NCBI RefSeq assembly: GCF_007352635.1
Contig: NZ_VKLU01000005.1
Span: forward strand, 443,940 to 507,939
Direction of reading: 5' to 3'
Source: Corallococcus sp. Z5C101001
GTDB lineage: Bacteria; Myxococcota; Myxococcia; Myxococcales; Myxococcaceae
Length of the DNA: 64,000 nt
The position numbers were made by a program, and so were the translations under genes. The notes under the pieces were generated by a model, which did not search any database, was not told where the DNA came from, and saw only the letters and a program-made list of their open reading frames with translations. Positions 1 to 9,779 of the stretch are shown one piece after another (position 1 is the first letter of the stretch; each line of letters begins with the position of its first letter).

Positions 1-1619
1 TGTACCTGTCCGCGCCCCTGCTGCGGGAGCTGCTGAGGCACTGCGGGCTGGAGCAGTACTTCGACGCGGGGTACGTCTCCATCGACGAGGGCCTGCGCAA
101 GGCGTCCGGCCGCCTGTTCCCGCGCGTGCTGGAGCGAGAGGGACTGAAGCCCGAGCAGCTCTTCTTCGTCGGCGACGACGAGAACGCCGACAACGTGCAG
201 CCCCGCCGGCTGGGCATCACCACGTTGCGCGTGGAGGATCCCGACGAGAAGCAGCGCCGCCGCCGGCTGGAGGCCGCGCAGAAGGCCGTGGAGCGGAATC
301 CCTACTGGGCCGCGCACTACGTGGACGTCGTGCTGAGCAACGAGGCCCACCATGTCCGCGGGCCGGAGGACGACCCCAACTACCAGCTGGGCCGCACGCT
401 GGCGCCGGGCATCGTGGCCTTCGTGGTGGACGTCATCGAGCGCGCGGAGAAGCTGGGCATCGACCATGTCTACTTCCTGGCGCGCGAGGGCCTGACGCTG
501 CTCAAGGTGTTCGCCATCCTGAAGGACTCGGGGATCTTCCGCCGGGTGCCCCAGGCGCACTACCTGTTCGTCAGCCGCGCCTCCACCATCCTCGCCTCCA
601 TGCGCGAGCTGAGCTGGGAGGAGGTCCACCGCTTCTGGCGCCAGTACAGCCGCCAGTCGCTGCGCGGCCTGCTCAAGAACCTGTCGCTGCCCCAGGACGA
701 GTTCATCCGGCTGGCCGCCGAGTGCGGCATCACCGACCCCGACCAGCCCATCCTGGAGCCCACGAAGGACGCCGCCTTCATGCGCTTCCTCGCCTCGCGC
801 CGCGTGCGCGTGGCCTTCCACCAGCGCCGCGACGAGGCGCGGGCCGCGCTCGCGCGCTACCTGGAGTACCGCGGGATGATGGGCCTGGAGCGCACGGCGC
901 TCGTGGACATCGGGTGGAAGGGCAGCATGCAGGACAACCTGATGCGCGCCTTCGAGCACGACGCGCGCTTCCCGGAGCTGCACGGCTTCTACCTGGCCTA
1001 CGTGCCGGACGGTCAGCCCCAGGCGAAGAGGTCCTTCAAGTACGGCTACCTGTCGGACCTGCGGCGGCGCGACCTGGAGGAGGCGGACTTCCTGCGCAAC
1101 ACCGCCATCTTCGAGATGATCACCACCGCGAACCACGGCAGCACCATGCGCTATGGCGCGAACCCGTGGGCGCCGCACCTGCCGCTCCCGGAGCTGCTGC
1201 ACCACGAGCAGGAGAAGGACAACAGCGCGCGCTTCTTCCGCCGCGTGCAGGAAGGCATGTACGACTACGCGCGGGACTACGCACGCCTGTCACCGCTCCT
1301 GCGCTTCACCGCGGACGAGCTTCAGCCCGGCACGCTCCAGGAGCTGCTGCGCTACACCCGCTACCCCACGGACGAGGAGGCGCGCGAGTTCCTCAAGTAC
1401 TCGCACGTGGAGAGCTTCGGCGTGCATGAGGTCACCACCTTCGGCCTCAAGCTGGACCTGCGGAAGCTCACGCAGCACGGCTCGGTGAAGGGAGCGCTGA
1501 AGGAGGCGTGGAAGGCCTTCGAGACGAACTCCTGGCGCGACGGCGTGGTGAAGCGCAGCGGCCTGCCGCTGGCGAACCTGGCCTATGACGCCTGGTTCAC
1601 CTGGCGGGCCATCCGCTAG
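1..1619 (+). CDS. HAD-superfamily-like hydrolase domain protein (5' partial; ORF is open to window edge)
   Basis: Frame 3 is open from nt 3. N-terminus reads ...LFFVGDDENADN (HAD motif III/IV-like). Rest of the ~500 aa has no recognisable motif. Convergent with the GT2 gene, 12-nt gap. Confidence 0.55.
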   Translation, partial: YLSAPLLRELLRHCGLEQYFDAGYVSIDEGLRKASGRLFPRVLEREGLKPEQLFFVGDDENADNVQPRRLGITTLRVEDPDEKQRRRRLEAAQKAVERNPYWAAHYVDVVLSNEAHHVRGPEDDPNYQLGRTLAPGIVAFVVDVIERAEKLGIDHVYFLAREGLTLLKVFAILKDSGIFRRVPQAHYLFVSRASTILASMRELSWEEVHRFWRQYSRQSLRGLLKNLSLPQDEFIRLAAECGITDPDQPILEPTKDAAFMRFLASRRVRVAFHQRRDEARAALARYLEYRGMMGLERTALVDIGWKGSMQDNLMRAFEHDARFPELHGFYLAYVPDGQPQAKRSFKYGYLSDLRRRDLEEADFLRNTAIFEMITTANHGSTMRYGANPWAPHLPLPELLHHEQEKDNSARFFRRVQEGMYDYARDYARLSPLLRFTADELQPGTLQELLRYTRYPTDEEAREFLKYSHVESFGVHEVTTFGLKLDLRKLTQHGSVKGALKEAWKAFETNSWRDGVVKRSGLPLANLAYDAWFTWRAIR

Positions 1620-1631
1620 CCGCCCAGGCCG

Positions 1632-4169
1632 TCACGCCGGCGGACGGCGCGCGCTGGGCACCTCGTGGGCCAGCGTGCGCACCGCCAGCGCCTCGCCGTC
1701 CTCGGGGTGCCGACGCAGGTCGCAGTCCCCCGACAGCAGCGTGAGGTTGGGGTTGTAGTAGGGGTCCCCTCTCAGCAGCCACGGCCGGTACGACGTGAAG
1801 GAGCGCCAGTAGTCCGGCTCCGGGATGGCGTCCGTGCGGCGGCTGGCGGACTCGTGGTGCACCACGCGCGCGAAGGGCGTGCACACCACGCGCAGGCCGC
1901 GAGCGTGCAGGCGCAGGCCCAGGTCCACGTCGCTGCCGCACAGGAGGAAGCGCTCGTCGAAGCCGCCCAGCGCGTCGAAGAGCGGGCGGCGGATCATCAC
2001 GCACGCGCTGGTGACGGACAGCCAGTTGCGCACCCACTCCGTGTGGCCGAAAGGCGTGGCGATGGGCCCATCCGGCAGGCGCCAGAAGGGGTGGCCCGCC
2101 ATGCCCGTCATGCCCACCACGATGCCCGCGTGCTGCACGGTGCCTTCCGGAAAGAGGAGCTTGGCGCCCACCGCGCCCACCTCCGGGCGCTGCGCCTGGG
2201 CCACCAGCTCCGTGAGCCAGCCGGGGTCCACCACTTCCATGTCGTTGTTGAGGAACAGCAGCAGCTCGCCCGTGGCCTCCCGCGCGGCCCAGTTGTTGAT
2301 GGCCGGGTAGTTGAAGGGGAAGTCCCAGGTGCGCTTCACCAGGCGCGGATCCTCCAGCCTGTCCAGCAGCGCGAAGGTCTCCGGGCGGACGCTGTTGTTG
2401 GACACCAGCAGCATCTCGAAGTGCGGGTACGTCGTGCGCTTCAGCAGCGTGTCCGTCAGGGTCTCCAGGAGGTCCGGCCGGTCCTTGAACGGAACGATGA
2501 TGGACACCTTCGGCGTGCCCCGGACGGCGTAGCGCACGCGGTAGCGGCCCGGCCCCGGCACGGTCACCTCCGCGTCCTCACCCCGGCGCGTCAGGTGCTC
2601 GGCGAGCGCGCGACGGCCCTCCTGGGACACCTCGCCCACCTGTCCGGTGCGGCGGTGGTAGAGCAGGTGCGGCACGTGCCCGATGTGCTCGGAGGCCTCG
2701 CTCACGCGAAGGAAGAGGTCGTACTCCTCCGCGCCCGGAAAGCCCTCGCGAAAGCCGCCCACGGCCTCCACCAGCGCGCGGCGCACCATCACGCCCCGGC
2801 CCAGGTAGTCCACCGAGCGCAGCAGGTCCGGCGACCAGTCCGGCTTGAAGAACGGGGCCGTGCGCCGGCCGCGCGAATCCAGCCGGTCCTCATCGCCGTA
2901 GATCAGATCCAGGCCTGGGTCGGCGCCCAGGGCCAGGGCGACCTCCGCCAGTGCGTTGGGCGCGAGCGTGTCCTCCGCGCCCAGCACGCCCACGAAGTCC
3001 CCGCTCGCGGCCTGAAGGCCCACGCGCAGCGCCCGGGCGAAGTCCGTGGGCCCGGAGAGCGTCACGCGGCGGATGCGCGTCTGGCGGTGCGCGGAGGCCC
3101 ACGGCTCCGGCAGCGCGGGGCCGTCCTCCGGCCCCACCAGCACCAGCTCCCAGTCCGGGTACACCTGGGCCTCCACCGACGCCAGGCATTCGCGCAGGTG
3201 CGCGGGACAGGCCCCCGCGGTGGCCACCAGCAGGGACAGCCGGGGCCGGAGGGGCAGCCGCTCCAGGGCCTCGCGGGCGGCGTGGATGTCCGCCGGTTCG
3301 CGGAGCGTGCACCAGTGGTGGAAGTCCTCCAGCGCGGGCAGGGGCGGAGGCGGCGTGCGCACCCCGAGGATGGCGGCCAGCGCCACCACCGCCTCGCCGT
3401 TGAAGCGGGACTGCCGACGCAGCACCTCGCGCCACAGCGGCGCGGAGGCCCGGATGCCCCGGGGAAGGCCCGGACGCGCCAGCGGGGAGGCCAGCGCCAC
3501 GAGCCGCGCCACCCGGTGCGTGGCATCCACGGTATCCGGCGTCCCCGCGCCCGGGACGGCGGCGACGGCCACCAGTGTTTCGCGCATGAGCGCGTTCCAC
3601 TCCGCCTGTCGCGCGAGCAGGGGCTCCAGCACGGGCCCCAGCGCCCGGCGCCATGCGCGCCACGCCAGCTTCCACGCCACCGACGCGGGCGCGAAGCTTC
3701 GCGGCCCACGGTCAGGGGGCCTGCCGGTGCCCTGTGCGTCGAGCTGCTTGCGGGCCCACTCCGTCAAGTCGTCCCGGCCGCCCTGGTCTCGCCGGGCCTC
3801 CAACCGCTCCAACACCCGGAGCACGCGCTGGTTGAAGGCGGCCTGGGGCCGCAGCAGTTCGACGTGGAGCGGACGCAGGCCCAGGACGAAGGCGCGCTTG
3901 GCGGCCGTCACCCACTGCCCTCCCGAGGCCCGGTGCGACGGCGGAACGGAGAACTCGAACGGGACGGCGAGCCGGGCCGCGGCCAGCAAGGGCGACAGGG
4001 CCGTGTTGGCCGGAGGCGCAAGCCGGCGCAGCTGCTCCGTCAGGTCCGCGAGCGCCGCGGCGTTGGCCGCGTCGGGCTCGGCGCGCAACGCGGCGATCCG
4101 CTCCGCGATCTCTCCGGCGGACGCTGCCGCCTGCCCCCCCTCGGGCATGGTGTGGAACAAGGTGCTCAC
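1632..4169 (-). CDS. Large family-2 glycosyltransferase with two GT2 domains (O-antigen WbgA/RfbC-like)
   Basis: 845 aa. GT2 signatures VSIIVPFKDRPDLL...EMLLVSNNS, DxD-like LNNDMEVV, and a second GT2 block LSLLVATAGA...DFVGVLGAEDTL. Sits immediately downstream of wzt. Confidence 0.8.
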   Translation of the reverse strand: MSTLFHTMPEGGQAAASAGEIAERIAALRAEPDAANAAALADLTEQLRRLAPPANTALSPLLAAARLAVPFEFSVPPSHRASGGQWVTAAKRAFVLGLRPLHVELLRPQAAFNQRVLRVLERLEARRDQGGRDDLTEWARKQLDAQGTGRPPDRGPRSFAPASVAWKLAWRAWRRALGPVLEPLLARQAEWNALMRETLVAVAAVPGAGTPDTVDATHRVARLVALASPLARPGLPRGIRASAPLWREVLRRQSRFNGEAVVALAAILGVRTPPPPLPALEDFHHWCTLREPADIHAAREALERLPLRPRLSLLVATAGACPAHLRECLASVEAQVYPDWELVLVGPEDGPALPEPWASAHRQTRIRRVTLSGPTDFARALRVGLQAASGDFVGVLGAEDTLAPNALAEVALALGADPGLDLIYGDEDRLDSRGRRTAPFFKPDWSPDLLRSVDYLGRGVMVRRALVEAVGGFREGFPGAEEYDLFLRVSEASEHIGHVPHLLYHRRTGQVGEVSQEGRRALAEHLTRRGEDAEVTVPGPGRYRVRYAVRGTPKVSIIVPFKDRPDLLETLTDTLLKRTTYPHFEMLLVSNNSVRPETFALLDRLEDPRLVKRTWDFPFNYPAINNWAAREATGELLLFLNNDMEVVDPGWLTELVAQAQRPEVGAVGAKLLFPEGTVQHAGIVVGMTGMAGHPFWRLPDGPIATPFGHTEWVRNWLSVTSACVMIRRPLFDALGGFDERFLLCGSDVDLGLRLHARGLRVVCTPFARVVHHESASRRTDAIPEPDYWRSFTSYRPWLLRGDPYYNPNLTLLSGDCDLRRHPEDGEALAVRTLAHEVPSARRPPA

Positions 4170-4230
4170 CTCCCAGGCGCCTCCCCTTTTTCAAGGCCCC
4201 GGGCCGCGGCGCGCGGGAGGCCTCCTCCCC

Positions 4231-5577
4231 TCAGGAGGCCGCGGCATGCGTGGGCACGGAGACCGCCTGGACGGGGGCGGCCGGAGCCTCCTCCACCACC
4301 CAGGCATGCTCCGGCCGGAAGACACCCCGGTCGTCATGCTCGGTCGACACGGAGAAGGTGCAGCGCGCCTCCCGTCCCGGCTCCGGGTTCGCCGTGTTGC
4401 CCGTCTTCAGCTCCACGCTCAGCACGTAGGAGCCACCCAAGAGCCCCAGCCGGGGCAACACGAAGCGCAGGCGCCCCTGCGGGGGCAGCGGCGCCGGCAG
4501 CGGCACCCGGTCCGTCCGGGTGCTCGTCACGTACAGCACCGCCCCGTCCGCGTGGGACAGCGTGAGGACGAACTCCACGTCCTCCACCGGCTCGCGCGCC
4601 ACGTAGTCGATGCACGCCTCCACCCGCGTCTCCGCGGTGACGGGCCCCAGCTCCTCCCCCCGAGGTCCGCACAGCGAGACCCGAGACACGGCGAGCGCGG
4701 GCGACACCGGCGGCTCGTCCCGCACCACCGGGCCCTCCGGAAGCGACGGCAGCGCCCCGCCCCCTTCCGTCAGGGCCGGCGGCGTGAAGATGGTGGAGCG
4801 CGCCTCCGCCAGCGACACCGCCTGCCGGTACTCCGCGGCGATCTCCGCCGGGGTGCCCACGCGGCGGATCCTCCCGCCGTCCAGCCACGCCGCCTGGTCG
4901 CACCAGCGCTCCACGGTGGACATGTCGTGGGTGACCAGGACGATGGTCTTCCCCAGCCGCTTGAACTCCGTCATCTTCGCGAGGCTCTTCTTGCTGAAGT
5001 GCTCGTCGCCGACGGCGAGGATCTCATCGATGATGAGGATGTCCGGGTCCACGTGGGTGGCCACGGAGAACGCCAGGCGCATGTACATGCCGCTGGAGTA
5101 CGTGCGCACCGGCTCGTCGATGAACTCCCCCAGCTCGCTGAACGCGATGATGGCGTCCATCTTCGCGCGCACCTCGGCGCGCGACATGCCGAGGATGATG
5201 CCGTTGATGAGGATGTTCTCCCGGCCGGAGAAGTCCGGGTGGAAGCCCGCGCCCAGGTCCAGCAGCGCGGAGATGCGCCCGTTCACCTGGATGCGCCCGG
5301 ACGTGGGCGTGTAGATGCCGGTGATGAGCTTCAGCAGCGTGCTCTTGCCGGAGCCGTTGCGCCCCAGGATGGCCACCGTCTGGCCCTTGGGGATGCGCAG
5401 GTTGACGCCGCGCAGGGACTCGATGAAGCGGCCCTGCTGGGACGCGTTGCGATGCCCGCGCAGCCAGCGCACGAGCTCCGACTTGAACGTGGTGTATTCC
5501 CCCCGGATGGTCTTCTTCCGGAAGTTCTTCACCACGTCCTCGATGACGATGGCGTCCTCGGTCGTTGGATGGACCAT
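4231..5577 (-). CDS. wzt: Polysaccharide/O-antigen ABC exporter ATP-binding protein Wzt (with C-terminal carbohydrate-binding extension)
   Basis: Walker A GRNGSGKSTLLK, signature YSSGMYMRLAF, Walker B ILIIDEILAVGDE. ~200 aa C-terminal extension typical of O-antigen Wzt. Stop/start adjacency with wzm (5577/5578). Confidence 0.85.
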   Translation of the reverse strand: MVHPTTEDAIVIEDVVKNFRKKTIRGEYTTFKSELVRWLRGHRNASQQGRFIESLRGVNLRIPKGQTVAILGRNGSGKSTLLKLITGIYTPTSGRIQVNGRISALLDLGAGFHPDFSGRENILINGIILGMSRAEVRAKMDAIIAFSELGEFIDEPVRTYSSGMYMRLAFSVATHVDPDILIIDEILAVGDEHFSKKSLAKMTEFKRLGKTIVLVTHDMSTVERWCDQAAWLDGGRIRRVGTPAEIAAEYRQAVSLAEARSTIFTPPALTEGGGALPSLPEGPVVRDEPPVSPALAVSRVSLCGPRGEELGPVTAETRVEACIDYVAREPVEDVEFVLTLSHADGAVLYVTSTRTDRVPLPAPLPPQGRLRFVLPRLGLLGGSYVLSVELKTGNTANPEPGREARCTFSVSTEHDDRGVFRPEHAWVVEEAPAAPVQAVSVPTHAAAS

Positions 5578-6462
5578 CTAGATGGACTCCGCGAACTCCT
5601 CGCGGCGGCTCTCGAAGATCTGCGTGGCGCCCCACAGCAGCACGACGGAGACCCCCAGGAGCGACACGAGCGGCACCGCGTCCGGCAACCGGTGCTCGTA
5701 GAAGATGGCCTGGTACGAGGTGATGAGGATGGACATCGGATTGAGCACCTGCAGCACCCGCCGGTACTCCTCCGGGATGGTGGACAGCTTGTAGAGCACC
5801 GGCGTCACGAAGAACCACAGCGTCATCAGGTTCATCACGATGTGCTGCAGGTCCCGGAACGTCACGTTGAAGGCGCTGACCGCGTAGACCACCGCGAAGG
5901 TGAAGCACATCTGGACCAGCACCACCGCCGGGAAGAGCACCACGTGCCAGGACGGCGCCACGCCGAACACCAGCCCCAGCGCCACCATCAGGGGCAGCGA
6001 GAAGATGAAGTTGCAGAAGTTGGTCGCCACCACCGTGGCCGGCAGCACCTGGGCCGGGAAGCGCACCTTGGTCATCAGGTCGCGCCGGTCGCTGATGGCG
6101 CTGGCCCCCGCGGACACCGACGTGGAGAACCAGATCCACGGCAGCAGCCCCACGAACATGAAGTAGGGGTAGTGCGGAATCTGGTTCTTCATGAACACGC
6201 CGAACAGCAGCGCGTAGACCAGCATGTGGAGGGTGGGGTTCAGGAACGTCCAGAAGAAGCCCAGCACCGAGCCGCGATAGCGCGCCTTCAGCTCGCGCTG
6301 CACCAGGCTGAGGAGGAGCCCCCGGTACGAGTAGAGTTCCCGGAAGTTGCGAATCATGCGCCGGTATCCATACCGCAAAGGGTTCGCTGGTGGCGAACTA
6401 CCCGGAACAGCGGACCGCCGGCCCCTCGCGCGCCCGCCTGGTGTCGCGCCCCTTGGAAACAA
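5578..6462 (-). CDS. wzm: ABC-2 type polysaccharide exporter permease Wzm
   Basis: 294 aa, six predicted TM helices. ABC-2 motif region YRGSVLGFFWTFLNPTLHMLVY. Confidence 0.85.
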   Translation of the reverse strand: MFPRGATPGGRARGRRSAVPGSSPPANPLRYGYRRMIRNFRELYSYRGLLLSLVQRELKARYRGSVLGFFWTFLNPTLHMLVYALLFGVFMKNQIPHYPYFMFVGLLPWIWFSTSVSAGASAISDRRDLMTKVRFPAQVLPATVVATNFCNFIFSLPLMVALGLVFGVAPSWHVVLFPAVVLVQMCFTFAVVYAVSAFNVTFRDLQHIVMNLMTLWFFVTPVLYKLSTIPEEYRRVLQVLNPMSILITSYQAIFYEHRLPDAVPLVSLLGVSVVLLWGATQIFESRREEFAESI

Positions 6463-6468
6463 ACAGGG

Positions 6469-6508
6469 GAGAAAGAAAAAGGCCCCCTGGTTTCCCAGAG
6501 GGCCTTTG
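6469..6508 (-). terminator. Rho-independent terminator downstream of tRNA-Gly (hairpin also readable on + strand: bidirectional)
   Basis: Plus strand reads ggccccctgg-tttc-ccagagggcc followed by tttgtttt. On the minus strand the hairpin is followed by a T-tract. Confidence 0.5.
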
Positions 6509-6511
6509 TTT

Positions 6512-6586
6512 TGGAGCGGGAAAAGGGATTTGAACCCTCGACCCTCGCCTTGGCAAGGCGATGCTCTACCGCTGAGCTATTCCCGC
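6512..6586 (-). tRNA. tRNA-Gly (anticodon GCC)
   Basis: Reverse complement reads GCGGGAATAGCTCAGCGGTAGAGCATCGCCTTGCCAAGGCGAGGGTCGAGGGTTCAAATCCCTTTTCCCGCTCCA. Cloverleaf with GCC anticodon, encoded CCA end, 75 nt. Confidence 0.9.
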
Positions 6587-6673
6587 ATCAGGACTGCCGT
6601 ACCGCTTGCTGCTTTCCGTCGGGCGGTGCCGCGCCGGAAGTGAGGTGGGGTATACAGAGGCCCTTCGGACACG

Positions 6674-7363
6674 TCAAACACTTTTCGCATCCGGATCCGC
6701 GCCCCCTCTGCGGGCGAGCATCCCGAGGAACGCGCGGAAGTACACGACGGCGCTCCACACCGAGAACGCACCCGACAGGTACACCAGCACCTTGCCGACC
6801 TGGTTGTAGTCGACGGTGACGGTGCGGAAGCCCAGGTCCAGCGGATGCACGTAGTGGACGCACAGGGAGATGATCCCCACCAGTTGGAGGGACGTCTTCC
6901 ACTTCCCCTCCTGCCCCGCGGCGATGACCATGCCCTCGCTGGCGGCGATGGTGCGCAGGCCGCTGACGATGAACTCCCGCGCCAGCAGCACGATGACGAC
7001 CCACGCGGCGATGCGCCCCAGGCGGACCATCATCACCAGGGCGGCCATGGCGATGAGCTTGTCCGCCAGCGGGTCCATGAACTTGCCCACCACGGTGATG
7101 AGGTTCCACTTCCGGGCGAGGTAGCCATCCACCACGTCGGTGATGGAGGCCACCGCGAACACCAGGCCCGCCAACAGGGAGTGCAGGGGGTCCGCGTCGT
7201 AGGTGAGCCAGACGAACAAGGGGATGATGAGGATCCGCCCCAGCGTGAGCATGTTGGGCAGGTTCCAGAACTCCTGCACCAGGATGCTGGGACGGCGGGA
7301 GGCGCGGCGGCGGGCCCGCTCCTCGCGCTTGCGCTGCTTCCTGAGGGCTCGCTCCGTGGCCAT
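6674..7363 (-). CDS. pgsA: CDP-diacylglycerol--glycerol-3-phosphate 3-phosphatidyltransferase
   Basis: CDP-alcohol phosphatidyltransferase motif DGYLARKWNLITVVGKFMDPLADKL. Arg-rich N-terminal extension. Start could instead be the internal Met at ~7252. Confidence 0.8.
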   Translation of the reverse strand: MATERALRKQRKREERARRRASRRPSILVQEFWNLPNMLTLGRILIIPLFVWLTYDADPLHSLLAGLVFAVASITDVVDGYLARKWNLITVVGKFMDPLADKLIAMAALVMMVRLGRIAAWVVIVLLAREFIVSGLRTIAASEGMVIAAGQEGKWKTSLQLVGIISLCVHYVHPLDLGFRTVTVDYNQVGKVLVYLSGAFSVWSAVVYFRAFLGMLARRGGADPDAKSV

Positions 7364-7374
7364 GGGCGCGCGTT

Positions 7375-9063
7375 CTACCGGACCCCGAGTGTGATGAGGG
7401 CAAAACCTTCACCGCCCAGCTCCACCGCGCCCCTCACTGTCTCCCCGCCAGCGGAGGCCATGAGCGGCACCACGCGGGGCGTGAGGTTGCCCAGCCAGCC
7501 CACCAGGTGCGTGAGGGGCACCGTCACCGGCGCGTCCATGGCCACCGCCACCGAGCGCAGCGGCCCCGTCAGGCTCAAGAGCACCCTGCCCTGTCCCCGC
7601 AGGTGCACGAGGTCCAGGTCCGGCGCCAGGTCCGAAGGCACGCGGCCGTTCTCGAACACCACCGGCTCCTCGAAGGCGAAGACGCACGCGTCCCGCAGGT
7701 AGACGGACTCCTCGTCCAGGACCACCGTGACGAACTGGCGGCCCTGGGCGGGCTCCAGGTGCAGCGTGCCCAGCCCCTGGGCGCGAACCATGGCCTGTTC
7801 GCCCTCCCCAAACGGCTTGTCCGTGGCCCGGCCCCGGAAGCGCTTCATCTCCGGCTGGAAGCGGACCTGGCCACGCACGGCGACCAGCCCCTCCAGCCGG
7901 GTGAGCAGCTCGCCATCCACCTCCAGCGCCACGCCCGACGCGCCCTGCGTGAAGGGCTGCCCCGACGCCACGCCCGGCAGCGCCACGGTGTGGACCCACT
8001 CGGTGAGCATCGGCGGATTCACGACTGGTGCGGGAGGAGTCGCGGCGGCGACCGTTCGCCGCGCCACCGGGGCGGGCTCGCTGGCGGCCAGCGCGGCGGA
8101 GGTCTCGGCGAAGGCGGCGCCGGGCTCGGCGTCCAGGTCGGACGCGAGCGCGGGCGGCTCCTCGGAGACTTCGATCTCCTCCGACACCGGCGTGGGGGGC
8201 AGCTCGTCCGCGACCTCGACGTCGGCCCCGGACGTGTCGGCGTCCTCGGCGAGGCTCGAACCGGCGGCGAGGCTCGGATCCTCGTCCTCCTCCTCATCCG
8301 CGCGGGCGCTGAAGGCGTGGTCGTCCGTCGGCGCGGGCGGGCCCTCGTCCTCGGCGAAGCGCAGGTCGTCATCCTGCGCCGCCGTGGACGGACGGGGCGG
8401 CGCGGCGCCCGGGGCCCTGGGGCCACGGGGCGCTTCATCCAGGCCGAACTGGGCGCCCCAGTCGTTCTCCCCGCTGGAGGCGGGAGCCGAGGCGGGGCCC
8501 GCGCTCTCCTCCTCTTCCTCGCGCGGGCGGGACGGCGCGGAGGGAGGACGGCTGTAGCCCTCGCCCGCGATGGCGCGAGACATCTTCTCCGCCATGGCGT
8601 CGCTGCCGGACAGGAGGAAGTGCTCGCGCGCGCGGCCGTACTCGCCCATCTGGGCGAAGGTCAGGCCCAGGTAGTTGTGGGCCTTCTTGTGGTCCGGGGC
8701 CAGGTCGGTGGCGGTCTCGAACTCGCGCGCAGCGCGCTGGAGCGCGTTCGTCTTCAGGTACACGAGCCCCAGGTTGACGCGCAGCGTGGGGTCCACCGGG
8801 TTGTCCCGCACGAGCATCTCGTACAGGTCCGCGGCGCGGTCGAAGAGGCCCAGCTTGAAATACGTCAGGCCCAGGAGGTTCTGGGCCTTCTCGTGGCGCG
8901 GCTGCAGCTGGTGCGCCCGCTCCAGGAACTCCTTCGCTTCGGTGACCTTGCCGGCACCGAGCAGCTCTCCGCCTCGGTAGAGCTGCTGCAGGAACTCGTC
9001 GTCAGCGGGGCCCGGCTCCTTCGTCCCCTTCGTGCGCGTCGTCATTCTCGGGTGTGGGCTCAC
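7375..9063 (-). CDS. TPR-repeat protein with acidic disordered linker and C-terminal beta-rich domain
   Basis: N-terminal TPR units (LGLTYFKLGLFDRAADLYE..., AHNYLGLTFAQMGEY). Long Asp/Glu/Pro/Ala-rich segment. ~200 aa conserved-looking C-terminal domain. 62-nt overlap with the upstream SLT gene. Confidence 0.6.
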   Translation of the reverse strand: MSPHPRMTTRTKGTKEPGPADDEFLQQLYRGGELLGAGKVTEAKEFLERAHQLQPRHEKAQNLLGLTYFKLGLFDRAADLYEMLVRDNPVDPTLRVNLGLVYLKTNALQRAAREFETATDLAPDHKKAHNYLGLTFAQMGEYGRAREHFLLSGSDAMAEKMSRAIAGEGYSRPPSAPSRPREEEEESAGPASAPASSGENDWGAQFGLDEAPRGPRAPGAAPPRPSTAAQDDDLRFAEDEGPPAPTDDHAFSARADEEEDEDPSLAAGSSLAEDADTSGADVEVADELPPTPVSEEIEVSEEPPALASDLDAEPGAAFAETSAALAASEPAPVARRTVAAATPPAPVVNPPMLTEWVHTVALPGVASGQPFTQGASGVALEVDGELLTRLEGLVAVRGQVRFQPEMKRFRGRATDKPFGEGEQAMVRAQGLGTLHLEPAQGRQFVTVVLDEESVYLRDACVFAFEEPVVFENGRVPSDLAPDLDLVHLRGQGRVLLSLTGPLRSVAVAMDAPVTVPLTHLVGWLGNLTPRVVPLMASAGGETVRGAVELGGEGFALITLGVR

Positions 9064-9691
9064 GGCTGCTGGCCTCGGCCTGGGCGAGCCGCTCGCGCTC
9101 CTTGTAGTGGTAGTAGAGCTGGAGGACCTTGCGCACGTATTCCTGCGTCTCGGCGTACGGCGGCACCTGGCCCCCGTACTTCTTCACCGCGTCCGGCCCG
9201 GCGTTGTACGCGGCGACCATCTTCACCATGTCGCCGTCGAACATGTTGGCCAGCACGCGCAGGTAGCGCACGCCTCCTTCGATGTTGTCCTTCGAGTCGA
9301 AGATGTCCTTCACGTACATGTCCGACGCGGTGCCCGGCATGAGCTGCATCAGCCCGCTGGCGCCCTTGTTGCTGAGCGCGTTCGGGTTGAAGTTGCTCTC
9401 CGTGTGCATGATGGCGCGCACCAGCGCGGGCGGGATGCGGTAGCGCAGGGCCGCCGTGGTGATGTGCGGATCCAGCTCCGTGGGCGTCCGGGCGCGGCCC
9501 CGCACGGGCGCGGTCTTGGAGGGCGCGGGCGTGAACGTCCCGGCCAGCTTGCGCGCCTTGCGCGAGCCCCCCGGAGGCACGTTCGTATAGACGATGGTGC
9601 CGTCCTTCTCGACGTAGCTGTAGATGCCGTCGGAGGCGTACGCCGGAGCGGCGACGGTCAGGAGGGCAACGAGGGCGGTCAGGACACGCAT
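9002..9691 (-). CDS. Soluble lytic transglycosylase (SLT domain), secreted
   Basis: Start placed at MRVLTALVALLTVAAPAYA (signal peptide). SLT catalytic motif MHTESNFNPNALSNKGASGLMQLMP. Confidence 0.8.
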   Translation of the reverse strand: MRVLTALVALLTVAAPAYASDGIYSYVEKDGTIVYTNVPPGGSRKARKLAGTFTPAPSKTAPVRGRARTPTELDPHITTAALRYRIPPALVRAIMHTESNFNPNALSNKGASGLMQLMPGTASDMYVKDIFDSKDNIEGGVRYLRVLANMFDGDMVKMVAAYNAGPDAVKKYGGQVPPYAETQEYVRKVLQLYYHYKERERLAQAEASSREPTPENDDAHEGDEGAGPR

Positions 9692-9779
9692 GGCGGCGGC
9701 CGAAACCTTAGACAACGGCCGGAAAGTCCTCAAGAAAACGCCTTGTTTCCGGCACTTACCGCCGTTAAGGCTGTTCGCC

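Noticed and set aside
1665-6819. Very long plus-strand ORFs (966 aa at 1665-4565; 1257 aa at 3046-6819) and many similar Arg/Ala/Gly/Pro-rich ORFs throughout the track (e.g. 10149-12119 minus, 17462-19657 minus, 19704-22274 plus, 47598-49547 plus, 58848-61517 minus)
   Set aside because: They lie antisense to, or out of frame with, genes carrying clear catalytic motifs. Their low-complexity RGAP composition is the signature of stop-codon-poor alternative frames in ~70% GC DNA. None carries recognisable domains.
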